Source: Candidatus Neomicrothrix sp. UBA6944
GTDB taxonomy: Bacteria; Actinomycetota; Acidimicrobiia; Acidimicrobiales; Poriferisodalaceae
Reading direction: 5' to 3'
Assembly (NCBI GenBank): GCA_002448715.1
Contig: DJZU01000095.1
Span: 22,179-86,178 of the forward strand
DNA: 64,000 nucleotides
This document shows positions 55,536 to 64,000 of this stretch, piece after piece; within the stretch, counting starts at the first letter, position 1; every line of letters begins with the position of its first letter. Under the pieces are notes generated by a model, which worked only from the letters and a program-made list of their open reading frames with translations, was not told the origin of the DNA and did no database searches. A program made the position numbers and the translations under genes.

Positions 55536-57131
55536 GTGACTGCCGTTGAAACGAGAGATGTGCTGGTCGTCGGCGCCGGCTTTGGGGGCCTCTATTCCCT
55601 GTACGTTCTGAGGGAAGCGGGTTTTCATGTGACTGCCGTCGAGCGCGGAACGGGTGTCGGTGGGACTTGGTATTGGAATCGTTATCCCGGTGCGCGATGC
55701 GATGTTGAAAGTCTTCAATATTCATATTCTTTTGACGATGACCTGCAACAAGAGTGGGAATGGACCGAAAGATACGCCGGTCAGCCTGAGATCCTGAAGT
55801 ATGCCCAACACGTGTCAACTAGATTCAATTTGACCGAGCTGATTGACTTCAACACCAACGTAGAGTCGATGAGTTACGACGCTGACGAACAACAGTGGAC
55901 TGTAAGCACCAACTCCCTCACCTACCAAGCGCAGTTCGTGATCGCTGCTACGGGTTGCTTATCAAGTACAAATCTGCCCGAGTTTCCTGGATTGGAGCTG
56001 TTTCAGGGCGATACCTACCACACCGGACGTTGGCCCCACCAAAAAGTTGACTTCAGTGGTCAACGGGTCGGCATCATCGGTACAGGCTCATCTGCTGTTC
56101 AAGCGATTCCCGTTATCGCCGCCGAAGCTGCCGAACTCACCGTGTTCCAAAGAACTCCCAACTATTCGATTCCCGCCCATAACAAACCGCTGGATCCCTC
56201 AGAACAGAGTGACGTGAAGAGCCGGTACGAGGAGCTGAGAAGTGCTGCTCGAGCCGAGCGATCCGGAATTCTTTCCATATTTCCACCAAACGAGGATCTA
56301 GCCAGGGAAGCTACAGATGCCGAATTCAAAGCTCGAATGAACGAACGCTGGGATTACGGCGGATTTGGTTTCTATCGGTCTTACATAGACATCGTGGTCG
56401 ACCCTCAATCAAATGAACGAGTAGCTGACTATGTGCGCTGGCATATCGCATCGAAAGTCGACGACCCCGCGACCGCCGCTCTTTTATCCCCATCCAATAC
56501 GATTGCTTGTAAGCGTCCCTGTTTGGACACGGAGTACTACGAGACCTTCAATTCCCAACACGTGCACCTAGTCGACATCTCCGAAACCGAGATACAAGCC
56601 ATTACTCCAACCGGATTACGCGTAAACGACCAGGAGTTTGAGTTCGACTCCCTGGTCTTTGCGACAGGGTTCGATGCCATGACTGGCGCTCTACTTGGCA
56701 TGAACATCACCGGGATCGATGGTTACACCCTTGACGAGGCGTGGGCTGAAGGGCCACGAACCTACCTCGGGCTCAGCGTTCCAAAGTTCCCAAACCTTTT
56801 TACCGTGACCGGTCCGGGAAGCCCTTCCGTGCTGACCAACATGATCATGGCTATCGAGCAGCACGTCGAATGGATTCGAGATTGCTTAGTCTCAATGAGA
56901 GAAGACCAGATCGCCACCATTGAAGCCTCATCCGACGCGGCTGACTCGTGGGTGCAACACGTCAACGCGATAGCAGATCAAACCCTCTACCCGAGCTGTA
57001 ACTCCTGGTACCTGGGTGCGAATATTCCGGGCAAGACCAGGGTTTTCATGCCACTGATCGGCTTCCCTGCCTACGCGGAGCGCTGTGAACAGGTCGCTGC
57101 GAACAGCTACGAGGGGTTCGCGCTTGCCTGA
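55536..57131 (+). CDS. Baeyer-Villiger (type I flavin-containing) monooxygenase
   Basis: GAGFGGL, the BVMO fingerprint FQGDTYHTGRWP and a second Rossmann motif GIIGTGSSAVQ are present. Confidence 0.9.
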   Translation: MTAVETRDVLVVGAGFGGLYSLYVLREAGFHVTAVERGTGVGGTWYWNRYPGARCDVESLQYSYSFDDDLQQEWEWTERYAGQPEILKYAQHVSTRFNLTELIDFNTNVESMSYDADEQQWTVSTNSLTYQAQFVIAATGCLSSTNLPEFPGLELFQGDTYHTGRWPHQKVDFSGQRVGIIGTGSSAVQAIPVIAAEAAELTVFQRTPNYSIPAHNKPLDPSEQSDVKSRYEELRSAARAERSGILSIFPPNEDLAREATDAEFKARMNERWDYGGFGFYRSYIDIVVDPQSNERVADYVRWHIASKVDDPATAALLSPSNTIACKRPCLDTEYYETFNSQHVHLVDISETEIQAITPTGLRVNDQEFEFDSLVFATGFDAMTGALLGMNITGIDGYTLDEAWAEGPRTYLGLSVPKFPNLFTVTGPGSPSVLTNMIMAIEQHVEWIRDCLVSMREDQIATIEASSDAADSWVQHVNAIADQTLYPSCNSWYLGANIPGKTRVFMPLIGFPAYAERCEQVAANSYEGFALA

Positions 57132-57147
57132 CAACCATCATTGTCAG

Positions 57148-57690
57148 ATGCTCTCCGTGACGTTGGGCGACCTCACTACCATGAAGGTGGATGCGATAGT
57201 CAATGCCGCAAATACTCAGTTGGCTGGCGGCGGCGGCGTCGATGGAGCAATCCACTTAGCAGCCGGGCCGACTGTCCTTGAAGAGTGTCGGGCGATTGTG
57301 GAATCACAAGGGCCATGTCTCACCGGCGACGCTGTCATTACAGCCGCAGGTAATCTTTGGGCATCATGGGTGATTCACACCGTGGGCCCAATTTGGGGCA
57401 ACCACGATCCAATCGACAGCAGCACACTTCTTGCTAGTTGCTACAGCTCATCCCTTGATGTTGCATCAACAGTAGGGGCTAAAAGTGTTGCTTTTGCCTC
57501 AATCAGCACCGGGGTGTACGGCTTTCCGCGAGAGCTCGCTGCGCCCATCGCGGTGAGCTCTGTGCTTGAGTGGCTGCAAGGCAATGCTGCCACCGCCTCG
57601 ATTAACGCTGTGACACTGGTGTGCTTCGATCAGGGCAACCACGCGTTAGTTCAGGATTCGCTAAACCGTCTTTGCCGACACAGCAACTAG
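57148..57690 (+). CDS. Macro-domain protein (O-acetyl-ADP-ribose deacetylase / ADP-ribose-binding)
   Basis: VDAIVNAANTQLAGGGGVDGAIH and SISTGVYGFP are present. Confidence 0.88.
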   Translation: MLSVTLGDLTTMKVDAIVNAANTQLAGGGGVDGAIHLAAGPTVLEECRAIVESQGPCLTGDAVITAAGNLWASWVIHTVGPIWGNHDPIDSSTLLASCYSSSLDVASTVGAKSVAFASISTGVYGFPRELAAPIAVSSVLEWLQGNAATASINAVTLVCFDQGNHALVQDSLNRLCRHSN

Positions 57691-57815
57691 GAGCACTCAT
57701 TCGCCTCACTTTGCTGGAATGTCAACCCTGAGCGCCTACCACTGTTATGTTGGCCCTGCCCGATGGCACATCCATTCGCGTCTGGGCAACCCGACAGAAA
57801 GGCCACGGGACCCCA

Positions 57816-59036
57816 ATGCCGGACGAAAATTCAATAATTCAACTCGAAGAGGTCTTCAAGATCTTCGGGCCACAACCTCGTGGCCGCGCTTTCGATCTCG
57901 CCAAGGCCGGTGTTCACAAAAACGATGTCCAGAAACAGTCAGGCCACGTCGTTGGGCTCAGCGATGTTTCTTTTTCGGTGAAGAAGGGCGAAATTTTCGT
58001 CGTAATGGGTCTCTCCGGCTCGGGAAAGTCAACGGCAATCCGAACCGTCAACAAACTCCACGACGTCACCCATGGGCAGGTCATCGTAGACGGAGTCGAC
58101 GTCCAACAACTTGAGGGCAAGGAACTTCAGGCCTTCAGGCGAGAAAAAATGGGCATGGTGTTTCAACACTTTGCTCTCTTTCCTCACCGAAACGTGATCG
58201 ACAACGTGGCCTACGGCCTCAAAGTCCAAAAAGTTGACCGGAAGGAAAGAGAAGCAGCAGCTTTAAACGCCCTAAGGCTCGTCGGGCTCGAACCGTATGC
58301 AGATAACGCGACGAGCGAACTGTCAGGCGGCATGCAACAACGCGTCGGCCTCGCCCGAGCCTTAGCCTCAGATCCCGACATCTTGCTCATGGACGAAGCT
58401 TTTAGCGCTCTCGATCCGCTAATCAGGCGCCAAATGCAAGACGAACTCATGACCATTCAAGACGAGGTTCACAAAACAATCCTCTTCATCACTCATGACT
58501 TAAATGAGGCACTCCGAATAGGCGACCGAGTCTGCATCATGAAAGATGGCGTCGTAGTGCAGGTCGGCACACCTGAAGAAATCCTCACCCAACCAGCCAC
58601 CGGCTACGTCGCTGAATTCGTCCAAGACGTAGACCAGGGAAGAGTCATCAAAGTCGAAGAAATTATGGTGCCACCCGATCCCCTCCGGATCGATACGGAG
58701 TTCGACCAAGTGGTTAGCTCATTGGCCGACGTCAGAGAGCGGCTGGTTGTAGACGCGTCAGGGAAATGCATCGGCCTAGTCACCCGAGGGGACGTGGAAC
58801 GGGTCGCTACACAGGGAGTTCCAACCCTCGCAAGTGCGCTCAGAACCGATGTCCCCATCGCCGCTCCATCACAAACGCTCAACGAGCTTTATGCAGATGC
58901 TGGCCGCGGGCTACCCATTGCTTGCTGCGATGCGGACGGTCAGCTCGTCGGTCGCATGGACCCAACTGCGGTACTTGAAGAACTTGGACGCGTTGAGGCC
59001 CTAGCCGACGCATTCGAACGAGAGGTGTACATGTGA
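57816..59036 (+). CDS. proV: Glycine betaine/proline-type ABC transporter ATP-binding protein with tandem CBS domains
   Basis: Walker A GLSGSGKST, LSGGMQQRVGLARAL and ILLMDEAFSALD are present. The C-terminal ~120 aa are CBS-like. Confidence 0.9.
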   Translation: MPDENSIIQLEEVFKIFGPQPRGRAFDLAKAGVHKNDVQKQSGHVVGLSDVSFSVKKGEIFVVMGLSGSGKSTAIRTVNKLHDVTHGQVIVDGVDVQQLEGKELQAFRREKMGMVFQHFALFPHRNVIDNVAYGLKVQKVDRKEREAAALNALRLVGLEPYADNATSELSGGMQQRVGLARALASDPDILLMDEAFSALDPLIRRQMQDELMTIQDEVHKTILFITHDLNEALRIGDRVCIMKDGVVVQVGTPEEILTQPATGYVAEFVQDVDQGRVIKVEEIMVPPDPLRIDTEFDQVVSSLADVRERLVVDASGKCIGLVTRGDVERVATQGVPTLASALRTDVPIAAPSQTLNELYADAGRGLPIACCDADGQLVGRMDPTAVLEELGRVEALADAFEREVYM

Positions 59037-61321
59037 TGAATCTCTACGCAGAATCCACCGGCCACTTTGTCGATCGCGCAGTCGGAAAAGTGACTGATCT
59101 TGAAACAGGTGATCGAGTTGCCGACGCCGTCGCTTCTGCAGTCGAATTCGTCGCCCTAATTGGCGTTTTCGCCATTCCTCTTCTGTTTCTTCTTGGATCG
59201 GCAAGAAGAAGACAAATATCGGCTGCTGTTGGGGGTGCTGTAGCCCTTCTGGGGGTTCTTTGGTACAGAAGCATCGGCGATTGGGATCAGCGTAAAAATA
59301 CAGTGCTGGACAAGTGGCAGATACCCGTTGGCGATTGGGTTGAGCAAATTACTGTCTGGGTGGACCTCAATATGAAAGAAACGTTGGCGGTCATAAAATG
59401 GCCGTTCCAGACGATGCTTGAGGTCGTAGTGGACGACTGGCTTCTCGGACTCTCCTGGATGACCGTTTGCCTGGCAACCTTGGTTGCTGGCTGGGCCTTT
59501 CGCGGGCTCCAAGTTGGAGTTGGGTCGTTCCTGGGTCTCACCATTTGTGGGCTTCTAGGAGACGAGTATTGGAAGGAAACCGCTAGGACTATTGGCTTCA
59601 TAGCCGTCGCCGTGATCCTATGCGTCATCATCGGCATCCCAGTTGGAGTCGCCTGCGGGCGCATGGACGGTGTGTGGAGAGTAGTACGACCCCTCCTAGA
59701 CGCTATGCAAGTCGTGCACTCCTTCGTGTACATGTTGCCGTTTGTCTTTTTCTTTGGGGTTGGTTTCGTTTCAGCAACGATGGTAACGATGGTCTTCGCT
59801 CTACCTCCTCTTATTCGATTAACCAACTTAGGAATCAGACAAGTGCCCGAGGATGTAGTGGAAGCTGCACGCGCCTACGGAGCATCTGAACGAAGAGTCT
59901 TGACAGACGTTCAACTACCCCTCGCTCGCGCTGCCCTGATGACTGGCATCAACCAAACCTTGCTGCTCGCCATATCCATGCTTGGCATAGCAGCGATCAT
60001 GGGCGCGGGAGGCTTGGGTCGCCTTTTGTATAGATCCATAGCCAACCAAGACATCGCCCTCGCCGGTTCCGGTGGCCTTGCATTCTTTATCGTTGCAGTC
60101 GTACTCGATCGCCTCACCCAACCGGATGACTCTGACAAAGCTGGTCTCTTTAGCCGGATTACGGCCGCGTGGAAGAACACGCGCACTCCAGAAGCTCTGC
60201 TACCCGACAACAAAGATGATGGAAGCGCTCAAGAACCTGTAGACCAAGAAACAGAAGAAGCTAAATACGAACCACTTGGCGCCAAAGAGCGCCTCGCTAT
60301 GCTCTGCGCAGGTGCTGGTGCCCTCATCGCTGCAATAGCGCTGTTGCTACCTTGGAACAGCGGAACAGGACATGTGTCCGCGTATGGTCGTTTCACCGAT
60401 AATGAGCTCGCCGGGCAGAGCTTTAACGGTTTGGCGGCATCGGGTGGCTCATGGTTCGGAATCATCATCTTGCTGTGCGTTCTAGCGGTCGGCGGGGCTC
60501 TGTACTCGACAGCGTGGTTCGCAGGCCAGCGAAATAGGTGGCTTGGCCCAGACGGTGCGACAATCTTTAGCCTCGCCGCCGCAGTTACGGCCCTATCTGC
60601 CACACTAGCCAACGCTCCAGACAGCGCTTCAGGCTTTCAACGCTCGTCAGGCGTCTACCTAGCACTGGTCGGATGCCTCATCATGGCAGCAGGTTCAATA
60701 ACCTGGGTATGGAACGCCCCCATGGGAGCGCGACGACCGCTGTCCTCGGGCTTTAACTGGGGTCGCATGTTTGGGGCGTCCTTTGCTCTGGTATTAATAG
60801 TGATGGCTGGTTACTCCGGATGGACCTTCGACACCCGAGCTGACTCGGTAATAGGACCAGAGCTCCAGATAGAACTCGACGCGCTTGCTGAGCAAAGCAA
60901 AATCGCCGAAGAGGCCGGTGATCTGGCCAAGGCCGGATCTCTCGCTGCAGAGTTCACTGCCCTAATCTCTTACGCGCAAAGGACCGGGGACGTTATCTAT
61001 GACGGCTACACAGACGAGGGAGCTGGACTTGGTTGGCTTGCTCTCTTCTTAGGACTGTTAGCACTCCTCGTGGCTATACCGGCCTCCGGCTTTTTGTCGC
61101 AAGAGGAGCTGTTCCTATACAAGTGGTGTTCCGTTGTATGCGGCTTAGGCCTCGGGCTGCTGCTTATAAGCGTCGCTTGGATCGGGAGCATATCGAGGGT
61201 GGCGGAAACCAACCTCGTCTCGGGCGTCGGTGCCGTGTTTTTGCTGTTCGCGGGGGTTACGACCGCTGCGAGTGCCCGAGGCACCCTTTCGGAATTCGAC
61301 CGAAAACAGGTATACACATAA
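59033..61321 (+). CDS. proW: Glycine betaine-type ABC transporter permease fused to a ~390-aa polytopic C-terminal extension
   Basis: The ProW/OpuAB core spans about aa 130-370 (ALPPLIRLTNLGIRQVP, EAARAYGAS...). About 8 further hydrophobic helices and one amphipathic segment follow. Confidence 0.8.
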   Translation: MMNLYAESTGHFVDRAVGKVTDLETGDRVADAVASAVEFVALIGVFAIPLLFLLGSARRRQISAAVGGAVALLGVLWYRSIGDWDQRKNTVLDKWQIPVGDWVEQITVWVDLNMKETLAVIKWPFQTMLEVVVDDWLLGLSWMTVCLATLVAGWAFRGLQVGVGSFLGLTICGLLGDEYWKETARTIGFIAVAVILCVIIGIPVGVACGRMDGVWRVVRPLLDAMQVVHSFVYMLPFVFFFGVGFVSATMVTMVFALPPLIRLTNLGIRQVPEDVVEAARAYGASERRVLTDVQLPLARAALMTGINQTLLLAISMLGIAAIMGAGGLGRLLYRSIANQDIALAGSGGLAFFIVAVVLDRLTQPDDSDKAGLFSRITAAWKNTRTPEALLPDNKDDGSAQEPVDQETEEAKYEPLGAKERLAMLCAGAGALIAAIALLLPWNSGTGHVSAYGRFTDNELAGQSFNGLAASGGSWFGIIILLCVLAVGGALYSTAWFAGQRNRWLGPDGATIFSLAAAVTALSATLANAPDSASGFQRSSGVYLALVGCLIMAAGSITWVWNAPMGARRPLSSGFNWGRMFGASFALVLIVMAGYSGWTFDTRADSVIGPELQIELDALAEQSKIAEEAGDLAKAGSLAAEFTALISYAQRTGDVIYDGYTDEGAGLGWLALFLGLLALLVAIPASGFLSQEELFLYKWCSVVCGLGLGLLLISVAWIGSISRVAETNLVSGVGAVFLLFAGVTTAASARGTLSEFDRKQVYT

Positions 61322-61456
61322 CAGCTTCGCTACAAAAGGTTGGTGAGAGTGCCGCAATGTACGGTTCTTCGCTCTTTAGCGACTAACCTCCTTTTGGCGT
61401 GTCTGGGCACCACCCATAGACCGCAATAACAAGGGACTCTAGGGAGGGCCCCATTT

Positions 61457-62617
61457 ATGAACAAGAAATCAACTACGCGCTTGCTAGCAGTAGCTACAGC
61501 TGCGCTTCTGATACTTGCTGCTTGCGGCAGCGACGACGATTCGAGTTCCGGCAGTGCTTCAGAGGCAGAGGCATCCGCTTCAGCTTCTGAGGCCGCAATG
61601 AACATGACCCCCGGTGAGGGCGTCCCTGTTACTGCTGGTCGGGCTAACTGGAGCACCGGTTATGTACAGGCTGAAATCTACACAGCCCTACTCAGGGAAC
61701 TCGGCTACACAGTGTCCGAATCAGCCGATATGGAACTCGGACCACAGAACGCTTTCATGGCTATGGCTTCTGGAGACATGGACTTCTGGGCCAACTCGTG
61801 GATGCCAGGCCACCAAAGCTGGCTCAATGGCGAAATGACCGACGGATCACTAGTTGGCGATCACGTATCGGTCATTGGTGAAGAAATGGTTGCTGGCGGC
61901 CTTCAAGGCATGCTGATCACCAAAGGCTTCGCCGAGGAGTACCAAGTTTGGACACTTGAGGACCTCGACGGCAACGCTGACGCGATAGCTGCATATGACG
62001 CCACCGACGCCAACCCTGGCAACGGAATGGTCGATATCTTTGGCTGCCCAGAAGACTGGACCTGTGACAACATCATTAACTCACAGCTCGCAGGCGGCGG
62101 TTACAAGAACCTTCAGCAGGTAAAGGCTGGCTATGACGCAATGTGGGCACAAGCTGTCGACATGGTCAACGAAGGCCTCCCAGTTGTGGCGTACACATGG
62201 ACGCCATCGGCGTACATCACACAGATCCGTCCAGGTGACAACGCTTATTGGATCGGCATGGACTACGTCCTTGACGACTCCAACCCAAATCAGCAAGAGG
62301 GTGGTGAAGCTTGGGACCAGCGCCCAGGTACCGCAGCCATCGGCGCGGACATGTGCCCCGCTCAAAACGCTGACGGCCTTTGCAAAATCGGTTGGGTAGC
62401 AGCTGACATTAAAGCAGCCGCCAACAACGATTTCTTGGACGAAAACCCAGCAGCCAAGCAGCTTCTGACAGACATCAAGCTGTCGGTAATGGACGTATCA
62501 GTAGCCAACGTGGCCCAGGGTGAAGGCGCAGATCCTAAAGATCTTGCAGCTGACTGGATTGCAGCAAACCGCGGATTAGTAGACGGTTGGCTTGACGCCG
62601 CTCGCGCTGCTAGCTGA
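61457..62617 (+). CDS. proX: Glycine betaine-type ABC transporter substrate-binding lipoprotein
   Basis: Lipobox LILAACGS, RBS GGGAGGG, and periplasmic-binding-protein-like sequence with multiple Trp residues (WANSWMPGHQSW). Confidence 0.75.
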   Translation: MNKKSTTRLLAVATAALLILAACGSDDDSSSGSASEAEASASASEAAMNMTPGEGVPVTAGRANWSTGYVQAEIYTALLRELGYTVSESADMELGPQNAFMAMASGDMDFWANSWMPGHQSWLNGEMTDGSLVGDHVSVIGEEMVAGGLQGMLITKGFAEEYQVWTLEDLDGNADAIAAYDATDANPGNGMVDIFGCPEDWTCDNIINSQLAGGGYKNLQQVKAGYDAMWAQAVDMVNEGLPVVAYTWTPSAYITQIRPGDNAYWIGMDYVLDDSNPNQQEGGEAWDQRPGTAAIGADMCPAQNADGLCKIGWVAADIKAAANNDFLDENPAAKQLLTDIKLSVMDVSVANVAQGEGADPKDLAADWIAANRGLVDGWLDAARAAS

Positions 62618-62661
62618 TATTTAGATATATCCACCCCCCACGGGGATGGAAACACGCTTAG

Positions 62662-62689
62662 AGAGGGCGGGGCTGAAGCCCCGCCCTCT
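62662..62689 (+). terminator. Strong GC-rich hairpin between convergent proX and the LLM oxidoreductase gene
   Basis: AGAGGGCGGGGC-TGAA-GCCCCGCCCTCT is a perfect 12-bp stem with a 4-nt loop. There is no clear U-tract, so it may act bidirectionally or simply stabilise the mRNA. Confidence 0.6.
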
Positions 62690-62806
62690 GTGCGTTCCAC
62701 ATAACTATTTGGCCACGACTACGTTGCGCCAACATTCCTCCAATGCAACGCGACGAGACCCAACAAGACCCGCACCGCACGAACATCCAGCGTTACGGAT
62801 GAACGC

Positions 62807-63835
62807 TTAGGTGGCGATCACGTGTTCTACGAATGCTTCCAACGTCACATGAGCTTCTCTAGCTGAGACGTTACCGAAGGCAGGACAAATAGTGACGTGC
62901 CCCAGTGTGGATTCTTCTTCCAGGCGCAGAAAGTATTCCCTTACCTGCACTGGCGATCCAGCAATCAGAGACTCAGTCGCCACCGCCATCTCAACATCGC
63001 CCAAAAAACTCGGCACCATCGTCGGAGGCCAAAGATCATATTTTCTGAACAACTTTGTCAGGTTCGCATCAAAATGACCCCACGCCCGTTCCGCAACCTT
63101 CTTAGCCTCCTCACTGGTGGGTGCTATCACGACCCGGCGAAGTGTTGAAACCGTCGGAACGTAACCGCCCGCACCATCGCTCTTCTGCTCGTCGTGAAAT
63201 GCGGCAACCTTTTCGGGAAGTGTCGAGATCGGACCAGGGATGATGGTACTTACTCCCATTTCGGCAGCCGTTGTCGGATTACCAGGTCGCCACAACGGAG
63301 GGTGCGGTCTTTGGAAAGGATCAATTTCCAAAGGGTGATCACTCGCCGACCAAAACTGCCCGTCGAATGAGAAAAGACAGCCAAGTCCTTCGTCCGTAAC
63401 CAGTTCCATAGCACCCAGAACAAATGTCAATGCCTCGTCGGTGCGAGCTAGCGCCTCGTCGGGTGGGACACCCCACAGGAGTTGCTCTGGTGGACTTACA
63501 CCTTTCCCAAAACCAATATCTAAACGGCCCTGGCTGAGGTGGTCCAACATGCACAACTCTTCATATAAACGAAGGGGCTCATAAAAGGGCAACAAGTGCA
63601 CGAGCGAAGCAATACGCATCCGCTTAGTTACCTGAATCACTGCGCTCAGAAACACGTTGATGCTGGGCGCAATATCCAACGGAACGTTATGGTGCTCCGA
63701 CTTGAACCAATGACTGAATCCGCCCTCATCGGCCAGGCGCGCCAGGTCAAGATGCGATTGGTATTGAGACGCTATGTCGGCAGTTCCGTCGTTTTCGAGT
63801 TGATCGAAAATTCCAAAGTTTAAAGACGAAGTCAT
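62807..63835 (-). CDS. Luciferase-like (LLM class) flavin-dependent oxidoreductase
   Basis: 342 aa with an LLM-type N-terminus (FGIF...SEHH) and TIM-barrel pattern. Confidence 0.72.
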   Translation of the reverse strand: MTSSLNFGIFDQLENDGTADIASQYQSHLDLARLADEGGFSHWFKSEHHNVPLDIAPSINVFLSAVIQVTKRMRIASLVHLLPFYEPLRLYEELCMLDHLSQGRLDIGFGKGVSPPEQLLWGVPPDEALARTDEALTFVLGAMELVTDEGLGCLFSFDGQFWSASDHPLEIDPFQRPHPPLWRPGNPTTAAEMGVSTIIPGPISTLPEKVAAFHDEQKSDGAGGYVPTVSTLRRVVIAPTSEEAKKVAERAWGHFDANLTKLFRKYDLWPPTMVPSFLGDVEMAVATESLIAGSPVQVREYFLRLEEESTLGHVTICPAFGNVSAREAHVTLEAFVEHVIAT

Positions 63836-64000
63836 TCCAGAAGTTCCGGCAGAACCTGTGGTTGTGCTGAAGCCGTAACTCGAGCGAGACCTCCATCAAC
63901 TGCCAGGGTTTCACCTGTCACATATCGGGAAGCATCCGACGCAAAGAACATCACAACGTCGGCTATATCGTCACCAAAACCCCACCGTTTGAGAGCAATC
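63832..64000 (-). CDS. Short-chain dehydrogenase/reductase, C-terminal fragment (5' end outside window)
   Basis: The reverse strand reads ...GETLAVDGGLARVTAS..., a typical SDR C-terminus. Its TGA stop overlaps the LLM ATG (ATGA). Confidence 0.6.
   Translation of the reverse strand, partial: IALKRWGFGDDIADVVMFFASDASRYVTGETLAVDGGLARVTASAQPQVLPELLE

Noticed and set aside
57148-57690. Macro domain as the antitoxin of a DarTG-like toxin-antitoxin/defence pair
   Set aside because: There is no DarT-like or other toxin ORF adjacent. The gene follows the BVMO stop codon by 16 nt and looks like a YmdB-type housekeeping macro protein.
1-64000. Search for CRISPR arrays, tRNA/rRNA genes, transposases, integrases and prophage genes
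   Set aside because: None found. Intergenic regions are short, mostly under 230 nt. None shows spaced repeats or a cloverleaf-like structure by eye. A tRNAscan/Infernal run would be needed for certainty.

Overview
This is a gene-dense chromosomal segment with about 60 CDS. I found no rRNA, tRNA, CRISPR array, transposase, integrase or phage genes. GC content is moderately high by eye. The protein families, the frequent GTG/TTG starts and the many 4-8 nt gene overlaps suggest an actinobacterium, perhaps a marine Acidimicrobiia-like lineage; this is inference only.

Content falls into five blocks:
1. 1-16.2 kb: a methyl-group/C1 catabolic island. It holds choline dehydrogenase (truncated at the window edge), an MFS transporter, a three-gene NAD-type formate dehydrogenase operon, an IclR regulator, etfBA, dimethylglycine/sarcosine dehydrogenase, formate-THF ligase, MetF and a SerA-like dehydrogenase.
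2. 17.5-32.2 kb: an acyl-CoA catabolic cluster. It holds CoA-transferase, PhyH dioxygenase, an APH-like kinase, two acyl-CoA dehydrogenases, a thiolase-like/DUF35 pair and a MaoC hydratase pair.
3. 32-46 kb: mixed housekeeping and redox genes, including GlnRS, SDRs, a CMD/AhpD-like protein, ADH and modABC.
4. 47-57 kb: an amide/ketone-type catabolic cluster. It holds a dimethylformamidase-like protein, rhodanese, CoA-transferase, a hydantoinase-family protein, amidase, enoyl-CoA hydratase and a Baeyer-Villiger monooxygenase.
5. 57.8-62.6 kb: a glycine-betaine-type ABC importer (proVWX).

The most interesting signals are two in-frame TGA codons that the ORF track treats as stops. One sits in the formate dehydrogenase catalytic subunit (C-N-R-T-U-H-A-P-S). 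The other sits in the CMD/AhpD-like protein (C-F-H-U, replacing the family CxxC). Each is followed at about 12 nt by a stem-loop resembling a bacterial SECIS element. This argues for selenocysteine decoding and two mis-split selenoprotein genes.

The formate dehydrogenase is also split between its Fe-S and molybdopterin modules. The two halves are encoded in permuted order around a fused NuoE-NuoF gene.

All homology calls come from motif recognition by eye. No database search or folding calculation was run.
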